Below, piece by piece: positions 25,931 through 36,099 of a stretch of DNA of 64,000 nt. The position numbers and the translations under genes were made by a program. Origin of the DNA: Candidatus Eiseniibacteriota bacterium (lineage in GTDB: Bacteria > Eisenbacteria > RBG-16-71-46). Positions within the stretch are counted from its first letter, which is position 1; every line of letters begins with the position of its first letter. The stretch covers positions 1 through 64,000 of the forward strand of contig JANMQY010000079.1 in NCBI GenBank assembly GCA_031370785.1. Direction: 5' to 3'. The notes beneath the pieces were generated by a model. That model saw only the letters and a list, made by a program, of their open reading frames with translations. It had not been told where the DNA came from and searched no databases.

Positions 25931-27316
25931 TCATCCGGACGCCAGCGTGGAGATCAGTCCGTTGATCTTCTCGGAGAACGGCTCGTTGCTGGCGATCAAG
26001 GTCGCGACTTTTTCGCACGCGTAGAGCACGGTCGTGTGATCGCGACCGCCGAACATGCGTCCGATCTCGACCAGGCTGAGCTCGGTGAGCTGGCGCATCA
26101 GGTACATCGCGACCTGGCGTGGCAGCACCACCGTGCGCGTACGTCGCTGCCCGCAGATCGCGTCGGTTTTCACCGCGAAGCGCTCTGCGACCGCGGTGAG
26201 GATGCGCTCCGGAGTCATCTGGTCTGGCTCCGGATTGACGTAGTGCTGCAGCACGTCGTCGGCGATCTCGAGAGAAATCTCCTGGTGCGTCAGCGAAGCC
26301 ACCGCGATCAGCCGCACCAGGCAGCCTTCCAGATCGCGAATGTTGCTGTGGATCCGATCCGCGATCAACAGGAGCACGTCTTCCGGCAGACGCACACCTT
26401 CGCCCTCGAGCTCGCAGCGGTTGCGCAGAATCGCGATCCGCGTCTCGAGGTCGGGCTGCTGGATGTCAGTGACCAGGCCCTGATTGAAGCGCGAGGTCAG
26501 CCGCTCCTCGAGCATCGGGATGTCCTTGGGAGGCTTGTCCGCGGTGACCACGACCTGCTTGCGCGCATCGCGAAGCGCGTTGAACGTGTAGAAGAACTCC
26601 TCCTGCGTGCTCTCCTTGCCGGCCAGGAACTGGATGTCATCGATCAGCAGCACGTCGACGTTCCGGTACTTGTTTCGGAACGCCAGCGTCTGGCCGTGCT
26701 GGATGGAGTAGATCATCTCGTTGGTGAACCGCTCGGCCGAGACGTAGTACACCCGGGTCTCGGGGTCGGTCGCGCGCACCGCGTGGCCGATCGCGTGGAG
26801 CAGGTGGGTCTTGCCGAGCCCGGAGCCGCCGAAGATGAAAAGAGGGTTGTAGACGTTTGCGGGATTGCCGGCCACGCCGAGGCAGGCCGCATGCGTGAAG
26901 CGGTTGCTGCTTCCCACGACGAACGATTCGAACGTGAGTCTCGGGTTGAGCTGGCTCTCGAGCCAGGCGCGCTGCGGGCGCTGGACTTCGGAAGTCGAAA
27001 CCGTGGCGGAGCGGGCCTCGAGCGATGCCGCCTCGAAGGGCACGGACTCGCGCGCGGCGAAACGGATCTCGGGCACGTCGCCGAGGATTTCTCCCAGGCA
27101 GATGCTCAGCATTGGAAGGTGGTGTTCGTGGATCCAATCCACGAAGAAGGCGTTTGGAACTTCGAGTTCGACACTGCTGGGAGAGATCTCGAGCGGGACG
27201 ATCGGCTTGAACCACGTATCGAAAGCCTGCGGGCTCGCGACTCTGCCCCGAATCGACGTGAGGACCTGCTCCCAGATCCGGCCGAGCTCCTCGGACTGCG
27301 CAGTCAAAACGGCCAT
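25931..27316 (-). CDS. dnaA: Chromosomal replication initiator DnaA
   Basis: YNPLFIFGGSGLGKTHL, LLIDDIQF, RQVAMYL, GGRDHTTV. Confidence 0.99.
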   Translation of the reverse strand: MAVLTAQSEELGRIWEQVLTSIRGRVASPQAFDTWFKPIVPLEISPSSVELEVPNAFFVDWIHEHHLPMLSICLGEILGDVPEIRFAARESVPFEAASLEARSATVSTSEVQRPQRAWLESQLNPRLTFESFVVGSSNRFTHAACLGVAGNPANVYNPLFIFGGSGLGKTHLLHAIGHAVRATDPETRVYYVSAERFTNEMIYSIQHGQTLAFRNKYRNVDVLLIDDIQFLAGKESTQEEFFYTFNALRDARKQVVVTADKPPKDIPMLEERLTSRFNQGLVTDIQQPDLETRIAILRNRCELEGEGVRLPEDVLLLIADRIHSNIRDLEGCLVRLIAVASLTHQEISLEIADDVLQHYVNPEPDQMTPERILTAVAERFAVKTDAICGQRRTRTVVLPRQVAMYLMRQLTELSLVEIGRMFGGRDHTTVLYACEKVATLIASNEPFSEKINGLISTLASG

Positions 27317-27345
27317 TTCAACGGTCCTTGCTGAAAGGTCGCGAA

Positions 27346-27524
27346 CTTTCCACAGGGTTCGAGGCTGCGGGAACGCGTTTCTGCCGCGGCCCCGGGCCCG
27401 GTGGGGGAGTTCGTTGTGGAAATCGAGCGGGCGAGTTATCAACATTGAGTGGAAAGACGCCATCTGTTCACATGGCTTGTGGTTAGGTGCTGCCCTGCCT
27501 CCTCTCGTCCACACTGATTCCACA
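27346..27524. promoter_or_regulatory. DnaA-box cluster upstream of dnaA (second oriC subregion / autoregulation)
   Basis: CTTTCCACA 27346, TGTGGAAAT 27415, TTATCAACA 27436, TCGTCCACA 27505, GATTCCACA 27516. Confidence 0.75.
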
Positions 27525-27807
27525 AAGCCGGCGAACGCCGTCGGCGACGGAGCTGGAAGGGCTCCACAGGGCGCGTGGGGGCGCCGTGCAAGACATTGCT
27601 ATCAAATTGGTTGTAGGTGAGCGCCAGAACCATCTCGGAAGGCCGCAGAGAGGCCTTCTTCCAAGAGTCGAGGAGGCTAGCACCCGCCCCGGGACCCTAC
27701 AAGCCGCATTTTGGGATGGCGGCTCATGGCATAACATATTGAGAAACAGCGTCTTGCGCCTATGCCCCGGGGCTGCCCGGACGTTCACATCGGCCCTGTC
27801 CCGGCCG

Positions 27808-28449
27808 TCAGAAGGGGAGATTGACCCCGGCCGAGAATCCGACATTGTCGTTAAAGTCATCGGACAGGCGCAGTTGCAGCTCCGCCGTAAGCCGGACGTC
27901 GGGGATGGCTCGCAGCTCCGCGCCGATTCTCACCGGAACCGAGAGATCGCTGAGGTGCGTGGCTCCCGCATCGACGTTCGAGAACAGAAGCTGGAAGCCG
28001 ACGAACGGAATGACCTTCGAGCCGCCGTCGGCGCGCGGGCTGAGGCTGATCACTCCGCTCGGCCCGACGCTGAGCACGCTGTAGTTGTCGCCAGTTTCGA
28101 CTCCGATCGCGCCGCCGAATGCCAGATCGATCGGCGAGCTCGACGTTCCGTGTCGCGCCGCGATCTTGAGATCGGCGCCCAGATGAACCGTGGTGCGATT
28201 GCCGCCGACGTAGTTGATGCGATTGAGCCCGCCCTGAAAACCGAAGTCCACGTTGGGATAGAAGCTCAGCCGGAGCCCCGCGGTCAGCCCGACGACGCTG
28301 TCGCTTCCGTTCAGATGCCCGCCGAACAGATGCCCATTGACGGGAAGCGTCTCGGCGCCCACGTACTGACCCGAAACCTGGGCGTTCGCAGCGGGGGCGA
28401 TGATGACGAGTGCTCCGGTCAGCAGCACCGTTGCCAGACGATGATTCAC
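27808..28449 (-). CDS. Outer-membrane beta-barrel protein
   Basis: GGAGG RBS plus GTG; signal peptide ending ANA; amphipathic strands; C-terminal FSAGVNLPF. Confidence 0.75.
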   Translation of the reverse strand: MNHRLATVLLTGALVIIAPAANAQVSGQYVGAETLPVNGHLFGGHLNGSDSVVGLTAGLRLSFYPNVDFGFQGGLNRINYVGGNRTTVHLGADLKIAARHGTSSSPIDLAFGGAIGVETGDNYSVLSVGPSGVISLSPRADGGSKVIPFVGFQLLFSNVDAGATHLSDLSVPVRIGAELRAIPDVRLTAELQLRLSDDFNDNVGFSAGVNLPF

Positions 28450-28581
28450 TCTGCACCTCCCTGTGGGTTGGCTCCGGCGGGAGCTTAATCTCCTCGCGCG
28501 GGACGCACCGTCGCAAATCGCGGAAATCACGGTCAAGGAAAACTTGTCGGCCGCGCGGGCGCGTGATAGCGATGCGCGGCC

Positions 28582-29478
28582 ATGAAGCTTCTCAGTGACT
28601 TCGATGGAGTGTGGACCAATCCCGCCGCAGAGGCACGCGAGCAGGGCGAATACCTCGATGCCACGTTGCTCGAGTGGACCGCGCCCGCCGAGCGCGCTGC
28701 GACCGCCGAATGGCTGGCGCGCGCCCGCGCCGCAACCTTCGCCGAGCCGACCCGGTACGGCTGGGCACCGGGAGGGCGGATCTCGGCGTTCGCCGACGAG
28801 GACCCGTTCTCGCCGCACAGCGCCCTGCTCCACTACCTGCACCTGCACCGGGCCGACGACGCAGGCGCTGCGGCGCTGCATGCGGCGATCGAGGCGCATG
28901 GCTTCGCCAGTCTCGAAGCGTTCGGGGGGGAAGCGCACGCCAGGGGCGTGCAGCGCGCGGTGGCCGCGCGCGGTCCCGGCATCCTGCCGGCCGCGGCCGA
29001 TGCCGGCCGGCGCCTGCTCGCGCGAGGCGTCGAGATCGTAGTCGTCTCGAACTCCGGCACCGACAAGCTGGCCGCGTGGTTCGACCACGCCGGTGTGCCG
29101 CAGCGGGTGCATCCCGAGCGCGCAAAGGGAGCCCTCCGCCTGCGCGGCTCCGCGCGCAAGTTCGTGCTCGACGGTCCGGAGCGCGAGCCGGTGTTGCTCG
29201 GCGCCACCAGGGTGGACGTCGCACGGCCGTTCTACGATGCCATCCTGCGCGACGAGCGGCCGGACGCGGTGGTGGGGGACGTGTTCTCGCTGGATCTGGC
29301 GCTGCCCCTTGCGCTCCGGCGGCGCGAGCCGGCGTTCGCCGCACTGCGCCTGCTGTGGATCATCCACGACTACACGCCGGCGTGGCTGAGGCGCGAAGTC
29401 GAGCGCCACGTTCCGGAGGTCGAGCCGATCGAGGGCGGGTTTGCGGCCGTCGCGGAGAAGCTCCTCGAAGGAAAGTAG
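28582..29478 (+). CDS. HAD-superfamily hydrolase
   Basis: Motif I DFDGV, motif II VSNS, ARKF, motif IV VGDVFSLD. Confidence 0.75.
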   Translation: MKLLSDFDGVWTNPAAEAREQGEYLDATLLEWTAPAERAATAEWLARARAATFAEPTRYGWAPGGRISAFADEDPFSPHSALLHYLHLHRADDAGAAALHAAIEAHGFASLEAFGGEAHARGVQRAVAARGPGILPAAADAGRRLLARGVEIVVVSNSGTDKLAAWFDHAGVPQRVHPERAKGALRLRGSARKFVLDGPEREPVLLGATRVDVARPFYDAILRDERPDAVVGDVFSLDLALPLALRRREPAFAALRLLWIIHDYTPAWLRREVERHVPEVEPIEGGFAAVAEKLLEGK

Positions 29479-29491
29479 GGGAGGGACGGAC

Positions 29492-30385
29492 CTACCGCGC
29501 GGCCGACCCTCCGCCGAGATCGTAGAACGCGGAGGCCCATTCGGCGATCTCGCGAAATCCGATCCGCCGGTAGACCGCGAGCGCGGGTGCGTTGAAATCG
29601 TTCACGAACAGACACGCGTGCCGGCTGTGCTCGAACAGACGTGTACACAGCTCCGAGACTCCGCGGCGCGCAAGGCCGCGATTCCTTCGTTCGGGCGGCG
29701 TGTACACGCCCGAGATCTGCACCGCGTCCGAAGTGCGCGCACTGACGCTGGCGCGGAAGCACAGGCCATCCCCGTCGAGCCACAGCGAGGTATAGCCGTC
29801 ACGACATTCCTCCTGCACGCGACGCGCGTAGGCGGCGGCATCGGCCGTGCGCGGATCTTCCTCGAGCTCCTCCGCGCGCAGCCGTGCGCCGCTCTCGTAG
29901 ATCACGTCGTAGTCTTCGCCGTGTGCAGCGCGGAGCTCGGGCACGCGCTCGAACGACGGGAGCGCCGTCTGCGCGAGCGCCATGTAGGTCTGGGCGCGGA
30001 ACAGTCGCGGGGCGAGTCCGGCGCGACGCAGACGATCCGTGAAGTCGCCGACCACCACCCGCGGCCCGATCACCTGGAAGCGTCGCGGCATGAAGCTCAG
30101 CCGCTCGCACGCCAGATCGCTCATGCGCCGGGCGGCTTCGGGATCGCTGGTGAGCGGGAGCAGCGAGCCGGAAGGTCCGCCCATGTGGAGCAGGCCGACG
30201 AGTACGCCTCCGCGCCGGGCGGCCCAGAACTCATCGCGCACCTGGGCCAGCGAGTCCCGAAGCACGAGCGCGGTCAGGTAGACGTTCAGCACCGGATCCT
30301 GGTCGAGGTAGCCGAATACCTCGACCAGATCGCGCGGACTCAGCCGCTCGAGTGAGACCGTCTCGGTTCCCTGGTGCACGCTCAT
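29492..30385 (-). CDS. GNAT family N-acetyltransferase
   Basis: VYTPPERRNRGLA; LFVNDFNAPALAVYRRIGF. Confidence 0.88.
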   Translation of the reverse strand: MSVHQGTETVSLERLSPRDLVEVFGYLDQDPVLNVYLTALVLRDSLAQVRDEFWAARRGGVLVGLLHMGGPSGSLLPLTSDPEAARRMSDLACERLSFMPRRFQVIGPRVVVGDFTDRLRRAGLAPRLFRAQTYMALAQTALPSFERVPELRAAHGEDYDVIYESGARLRAEELEEDPRTADAAAYARRVQEECRDGYTSLWLDGDGLCFRASVSARTSDAVQISGVYTPPERRNRGLARRGVSELCTRLFEHSRHACLFVNDFNAPALAVYRRIGFREIAEWASAFYDLGGGSAAR

Positions 30386-30478
30386 GCGAAAACCTCTCGT
30401 ACGGTCGCAGCGCCGGGCCCGGCAATGGGCATGCCGCGCGCATCCGATGTCGCATCATGGTACCCCGGGAAGAGGGGT

Positions 30479-31222
30479 TCAGACGATTCTCTCGAAGATC
30501 GAGTCCACCAGAGCGTCGAATCCCAGATCGCGCTTGTTGCGCGGGCGCTCGAGCGGGATGTCGAGGTCCGCGGCGACGCGGCCCGGGTGATGCGCCAGCA
30601 CCAGCACCCGGTCGGCCATCAACACCGCCTCCTCGATGATGTGGGTGACCATCACCACTGTGTGCACCGGAAGCGCGTGATCGGCCCACAGCGTGAGCAC
30701 CTCCTCGCGCAGGTTGGCCGAGGTCAGCGCATCGAGTCCGGCGAACGGTTCGTCCATGAACAGCAGGTCGGGTTCGACCGCGAGCGCCCGCGCCAGCCCG
30801 GCACGCTGCTTCATCCCGCCCGAGAGCTCGCTCGGGTACGCCTCCTCGTAGCCGTCGAGGCCGACCTTGTCCAGGTAGAACGCCGCACGCCGGCGCGCGT
30901 CCTCGTCCGCAAGCTCGCGCGCCTTGAGTCCGAGCTCGACGTTGGCCTGCACCGTGAGCCACGGCAGTAGCGCGAAGGACTGGAACACCATCGCTGCGCG
31001 CAGATTCACGCCCTCTACCGGCTGGCCCTGATAGAGCACGGATCCGGCCGAGGGGGGAGTGAGGCCCATCATGATGCGCAGCAGAGTGGACTTGCCGCTG
31101 CCCGACGGACCGACGATGCACACGAACTGGCCGTCCGGGATGCGCACGTGGATGTCGTCGAGCACCGGCATCACGCGCCCGCGATCGGCGAAATTCTTGT
31201 GCACGTGGTTCAGCTCGAGCAC
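30479..31222 (-). CDS. NitT/TauT-family ABC ATP-binding protein
   Basis: GPSGSGKST, FQSFALLPW, LSGGMKQR, MDEPF. Confidence 0.92.
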   Translation of the reverse strand: MLELNHVHKNFADRGRVMPVLDDIHVRIPDGQFVCIVGPSGSGKSTLLRIMMGLTPPSAGSVLYQGQPVEGVNLRAAMVFQSFALLPWLTVQANVELGLKARELADEDARRRAAFYLDKVGLDGYEEAYPSELSGGMKQRAGLARALAVEPDLLFMDEPFAGLDALTSANLREEVLTLWADHALPVHTVVMVTHIIEEAVLMADRVLVLAHHPGRVAADLDIPLERPRNKRDLGFDALVDSIFERIV

Positions 31223-31223
31223 C

Positions 31224-32918
31224 TCAGCCCTCCAGCCGGTAGCGATTGTTCACGTACCGGAACAGCCGATCCCACACCAGCCGGTTGAAGGCAACCACGG
31301 TGATCACCAGCGCGGCGAGCGACAGGAACAGCAGCGCGCGGCTACCGGTCTTGAAAGTGGCGCGATTGAGTAGCGCTCCGACCCCGAGCACCTCGTAGAC
31401 GTGTCCCCGATAGGTCACGTACTCGGAAAGGATGAGCGCGTTCCAGGTTCCGCCCCACGCCACCACGCTGCCGGTGACCAGCGACGGCATGCACGCCGGC
31501 AGGGTGAGCTTGCGATGGATCGCGGCGCGCGACAGCCCGAGCGAGCGCAGCGATTCCTTGAGATCGGTCGGAACGCGCTGCACACCGGCGAGCAGATTGA
31601 ACAGCAGGTACCACTGCATGCCGGTGAGCGCGAGCGCGACCGAGATCATCTCCATGCCTCCCAGGCGGCCGACCAGCAGCGCGACCAGCACCGGGAAGAA
31701 GGCGGTCGCCGGCAGCGATGCTCCGACCTGTGCCACCAGCGACAGCGCGCGCGCACCGCGCGGGTGGTCGCTCGCCCACAGTGTCACCGGGATGGTCCAG
31801 AGCAGCGCCAGCACGTACGCGGCGTTGATGCGCAGGAACGAGTAGAACAGTGCGAGCGGCACCGAGGAGGCCTCGGGCGGCCATGGCGGCCGGAACACCC
31901 GCACCATTGCCACCACGCCCATCATCGCCCCGAGCAGGGCGGCGGCCAGCACCGGCCAGCGCGCCACCCGCCACGCGGCGCCGAGCAGCTTCGCGATCGC
32001 GCTGACGAGGCGGTTTGCCTTTGCGAGCGGCATTCGATTCCACACCGCCCGCCCGGCGCTGCGCAGCGGCCGCAGCAGGGCGGGCAGTCCGAGATCGGGC
32101 AGGCTCAGGCGCGCCTTCTCGGTCTCTTCGACGCCGTGCGTGTCGTAGCGGAAGCGGCGCGACCACGCGCGCAGCGGCCGCCACACCAGGAATTCCATCG
32201 CGAGCACGATCAGCGTGAGCACCACGATCGCGCCGGCGGCGAGGCGCAGATTCCCGGTGGCAAAGGCCCGCGCCATGATGCTGCCCAGGCCGGGCAGCGG
32301 ATATTCGACCGGGCCGGCCACGATGATCTCGCTCGCGATCAGGAAGTACCAGCCGTTGGCCCACGACAGGATGCTGTTGTAGATCAGGGTGGGGATGCAG
32401 GCCGGCAGCAGGAGCGTTCGCCACAGCAGTATGCCGCGCACACCCAGGCTCTCGGTGGCGGCCCGCGTCTCGAGCGGAATCGTGGACAGCCCCTCGTAGA
32501 CGCCGAACGCGAGATTCCACGACTGGCTGGTGAAGAGCAGGAAGATGGAGGCGAGCTCGATTCCGAGCCGCCCGCCGCCCATGACCGTGACGAACAGGAA
32601 GATCGCGGCGGGGAAGAACCCGAGCACCGGCACCGACTGCCCCACGTCGAGCAGCGGCAGCAGAATCCGCGCCGCACGCGGACTGGTCGCGGCCTTGTAG
32701 CCCACGATCCACGCGAACACCAGCGACAGGACGTAGGAGGCGGTCATGCGCAGCAGCGACCACGCCGCGGCGGCGGGCAGCTCGCCGACCCCGGGCTCGT
32801 GCGCGACCACTCGCGCAATCGAGAGCGCGCGCGGCCCCTGCGAGAGCGTCGCGAGCGCGAGCAGGCCGGCGATCACCCCGATCGTCAGCCAGCGCGATGT
32901 CGGACGGGTTTCGGTCAT
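31224..32918 (-). CDS. NitT/TauT-family ABC permease with two fused TM domains
   Basis: LDVGQSVPVLGF, SWANGWYFLIASE; second half WGGTWNALILSEY. Confidence 0.88.
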   Translation of the reverse strand: MTETRPTSRWLTIGVIAGLLALATLSQGPRALSIARVVAHEPGVGELPAAAAWSLLRMTASYVLSLVFAWIVGYKAATSPRAARILLPLLDVGQSVPVLGFFPAAIFLFVTVMGGGRLGIELASIFLLFTSQSWNLAFGVYEGLSTIPLETRAATESLGVRGILLWRTLLLPACIPTLIYNSILSWANGWYFLIASEIIVAGPVEYPLPGLGSIMARAFATGNLRLAAGAIVVLTLIVLAMEFLVWRPLRAWSRRFRYDTHGVEETEKARLSLPDLGLPALLRPLRSAGRAVWNRMPLAKANRLVSAIAKLLGAAWRVARWPVLAAALLGAMMGVVAMVRVFRPPWPPEASSVPLALFYSFLRINAAYVLALLWTIPVTLWASDHPRGARALSLVAQVGASLPATAFFPVLVALLVGRLGGMEMISVALALTGMQWYLLFNLLAGVQRVPTDLKESLRSLGLSRAAIHRKLTLPACMPSLVTGSVVAWGGTWNALILSEYVTYRGHVYEVLGVGALLNRATFKTGSRALLFLSLAALVITVVAFNRLVWDRLFRYVNNRYRLEG

Positions 32919-33158
32919 GCGCAACCTTCCCCTCGAGGTGGAGCCCGCGCGCGGCCCCTCAAGGCTCGCGACGGGGAACTCCGCCGGCCGTGAGCGTGGA
33001 TGATTCCGCAATCTAGCGTGCGGATCGCGCGCACAACAACGTTTAATCGCGGTCCGTGAGCGATTGTCGGCCGCGCCACTTCGGCCCGCGTCCCCTGAGG
33101 CCCGCGATTGACCCGGCTCTCACGGCGCGCTTAGCATCGCGATCCCATCGGAGGACGC

Positions 33159-33857
33159 ATGCACGATGTTGTGATGGTCATCGAGGACGAGAAGGAGATC
33201 CGCGATCTCATCCGCTACAACCTCGAGCGTGCGGGATTCCGGGTCGTCACGGCGCCCAATGGCGAGGAAGGGCTCGAGCGGGTGTTCGCTTCGAGACCCG
33301 ACGCGCTGGTGCTCGACCTGATGCTGCCCGGACGCAGCGGTCTCGACGTGCTGCGCGAAGTGCGCGGCGAGATCGCGACCCGTGACCTGCCGGTGGTGCT
33401 GCTCACGGCGCGCGGCGCCGAAATGGACAAGCTGCTGGGCTTCGAACACGGCGCCGACGACTACCTGACCAAGCCGTTCAGTCCGCGCGAGCTGATCGCA
33501 CGATTGCATGCCCTGCTGCGGCGCGCCCGGCCGGTGTCCGCCGAGAACGTGATCGAGATCGGGGAGCTGCGCGTGGACCCGCTCGCCCGCGAGGCGACGT
33601 TTGCGGGGCGCGCGCTCACACTCACGCCGCGCGAATTCGACCTGCTCGCCTACCTTGCGAGTCACCCGGGAAGGGTGCAGTCGCGCGAAGAGCTGCTGCG
33701 CAAGGTCTGGGGCTACGACTTCGTCGGTGAGACGCGCACGGTCGACGTGCACGTGCGCCGGCTCCGCGCCAAGATCGGCGAGAAGCATCGCGTGATCGAG
33801 ACCATGACCGGCGCCGGGTACAAGTTCGTCGGCGGGGCGAAGCGCGACTCGCGCTGA
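33159..33857 (+). CDS. phoB: Phosphate regulon response regulator (OmpR family)
   Basis: LDLMLP, GADDYLTKPF, RTVDVHVRRLR; context of phoR and pst. Confidence 0.85.
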   Translation: MHDVVMVIEDEKEIRDLIRYNLERAGFRVVTAPNGEEGLERVFASRPDALVLDLMLPGRSGLDVLREVRGEIATRDLPVVLLTARGAEMDKLLGFEHGADDYLTKPFSPRELIARLHALLRRARPVSAENVIEIGELRVDPLAREATFAGRALTLTPREFDLLAYLASHPGRVQSREELLRKVWGYDFVGETRTVDVHVRRLRAKIGEKHRVIETMTGAGYKFVGGAKRDSR

Positions 33858-33878
33858 GCGCTGGCGAAAGAGGCGCGC

Positions 33879-35645
33879 ATGACACTGGGCCTGCGCGAGA
33901 GACTGTTCGGTGGATTCGCGCTGGTGCTGGCGGCGACCCTGGCGCTGGTCGCCCTGATGACCGCGCACGAACAGGAGCGCTGGCTGCAGGCGCGCACCCG
34001 CGAGACGCTCGAGCGCTCGGCGCGACTGGTGCTGCGCGAGATCGCACACGCTCCTGAAGCCGCGGCCGGCAACTGGCCGGCGTTCGCCGCGGAGATGGGC
34101 GATGTGCTCCAGTGCCGGGTCACCCTGATCGCGGGCGACGGTCGCGTGCTCGGCGACAGCGAGGTCGCGGCCGACCGGATCGCGGCGCTCGACAATCACT
34201 CCGGCCGCCCCGAGGTGCGCGCGGCGCTGGCTGGCCGGGTCGGCTGGGCGGTGCGCCACAGCCGGACTCTTGGGCTCGATCTCATGTACGTGGCGGTGCC
34301 CGCGGCGGCCGGCGGGCTCGGCGTGGTGCGCACCTCGGAGCCGCTGACCGTGCTCGCCGCGCTGCGCACCTCGCTCCAGCGCGCCACCATGCTGGCGCTT
34401 CTCGTCGCGCTCGCTCTCGGACTCGTGCTGGTGTACGGCGTCGCGGCCTGGCAGGCGGCGCGCGTGCGCTCGCTCCAGGCAATCGCCGCGCGCATTGGCG
34501 CTGGCGAGTCGGGCGCGCGCGCGCTGGAGCGCCCGCTCGACGAGCTGGGTCGGCTGGGGCGGACGCTGAATCAGATGGCGACCGACCTCTCGGCGCGGCT
34601 CGAGACGCTTTCGCGGGAGCGCGACGAGCGCGAGCACATCCTCGCCCACATGAGCGAAGGTGTTGCGCTGATCGACGCCGGGGGCCGGATCGTGCGCGCC
34701 AACCAGCGGCTTGCCGAGCTGCTGGATCAGACGTTCGTCGAGATCGGCCGGCCGTTCCGGGAATTCGCGCGCGTTCCCGAGCTGGCGGAAGTGCTGGAGG
34801 TCGCACGTCGCGATGGCGTGGTGGTGGAACGCGAGCTGAGGCTGTGGACGAGGGGTCTGCGCACGGTGCGCGCCAGCGCGACGCCGCTCGACGGACCCGA
34901 GGGGCGCGCGATTCTGCTCGTGCTCCACGATCTGAGCGAGGCCGAGAGGCTGAACCGCGTGCGCCAGGATTTCGTGGCGAACGTCTCGCACGAGCTGCGC
35001 ACGCCGCTCACCTCGGTGCGAGGTTACGCCGAGACGCTGCTCGACGGCGGGCTGGACGACCTCGAGCACCGTGAAGGCTTCGTGCGCATCATCCGCGATC
35101 AGACCGAGCGCCTGCAGGCGCTGGTGGACGACCTGCTTTCACTTTCCGAGCTGGAACGGCCCGGGGCCGAGCTGCGCGTTTCGCACTTCGACCTGTGGGA
35201 GCCGGTGGAGCGCCAGGTGGCGGCATTCCGGGATCGCGCGGTGCGCGCGCATCTCGCGCTGAGCGTGGAGCGGGGCCCGGCGGTCGAAGTGACCGCGGAT
35301 CGGGCCCGGCTCGAGCAGGTGGTGGCGAACCTGCTCGACAACGCCATCAAGTACACCGAGCGGGGCGGTGTGCGGGTCAGGGTCGGTGGCGACGCGCTGA
35401 GCGCGTGGTGCGAGGTCGAGGACACCGGCGCTGGGATTCCATTCGAGGATCAGGGACGCGTGTTCGAGCGGTTCTATCGCGTCGACAAGGCGCGCTCGCG
35501 GGACAAGGGTGGCACCGGGCTCGGACTTTCGATCGTGAAGCACATCGTCAGCCTGCACGGGGGAGAGGTCTCGCTCGAGAGCGCCCCGGGCAAGGGCAGT
35601 ACCTTTCGCTTCGAGATTCCGCGCCTCGCGCTCGCCGAGGACTGA
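33879..35645 (+). CDS. phoR: Phosphate regulon sensor kinase (TM-sCache-HAMP-PAS-HisKA-HATPase)
   Basis: DNHSGRPEV, DFVANVSHELRTPLT, ERFYRVDKARSR, GTGLGL. Confidence 0.9.
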   Translation: MTLGLRERLFGGFALVLAATLALVALMTAHEQERWLQARTRETLERSARLVLREIAHAPEAAAGNWPAFAAEMGDVLQCRVTLIAGDGRVLGDSEVAADRIAALDNHSGRPEVRAALAGRVGWAVRHSRTLGLDLMYVAVPAAAGGLGVVRTSEPLTVLAALRTSLQRATMLALLVALALGLVLVYGVAAWQAARVRSLQAIAARIGAGESGARALERPLDELGRLGRTLNQMATDLSARLETLSRERDEREHILAHMSEGVALIDAGGRIVRANQRLAELLDQTFVEIGRPFREFARVPELAEVLEVARRDGVVVERELRLWTRGLRTVRASATPLDGPEGRAILLVLHDLSEAERLNRVRQDFVANVSHELRTPLTSVRGYAETLLDGGLDDLEHREGFVRIIRDQTERLQALVDDLLSLSELERPGAELRVSHFDLWEPVERQVAAFRDRAVRAHLALSVERGPAVEVTADRARLEQVVANLLDNAIKYTERGGVRVRVGGDALSAWCEVEDTGAGIPFEDQGRVFERFYRVDKARSRDKGGTGLGLSIVKHIVSLHGGEVSLESAPGKGSTFRFEIPRLALAED

Positions 35646-36099
35646 GCCGACAGCGCGCCACGCCTGCCTCGCAGTCACTGCCATTCTCCAGCCGCGGCGC
35701 CCCTGCCCGTACTTCCGCCGCCGGCGCTTGCCCTCCTGCGTGAATTGCGGGGAGCCGGATCGGGTCCGGCGAACCCCTTCGGCGAGTGCCCCGCAATTCC
35801 GGATCTCCGACTTGCGGATCGAACGCGGCTCCGGCGGACCGCGCCCTCGAGAACGCTTCGAACGCGCCCGAAGCCTGCGCGATTCTCGAAATACCCATGC
35901 CCGCCTAACATGCGGGCGGACATGCGGTTCGGGCCGCGCGCCACGAGCCGTGTTTCCTCTCTCAATTCGGCAATGTTAGCGTTGATGCCCCGCGGCACCC
36001 CCTGCGTGGCGTCGTTGCTCCGCGGCGGCGTGACGCGGTGCGGCATTCGCCCGCGACCTGGCACCGCCCCATCAGATACTTGAAAGCGATCAGTTCCTC

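Noticed and set aside
35900..35960. ACATGCGG direct repeat as a Pho box for sixA
   Set aside because: Spacing is 12 bp rather than 11, and the match is poor.
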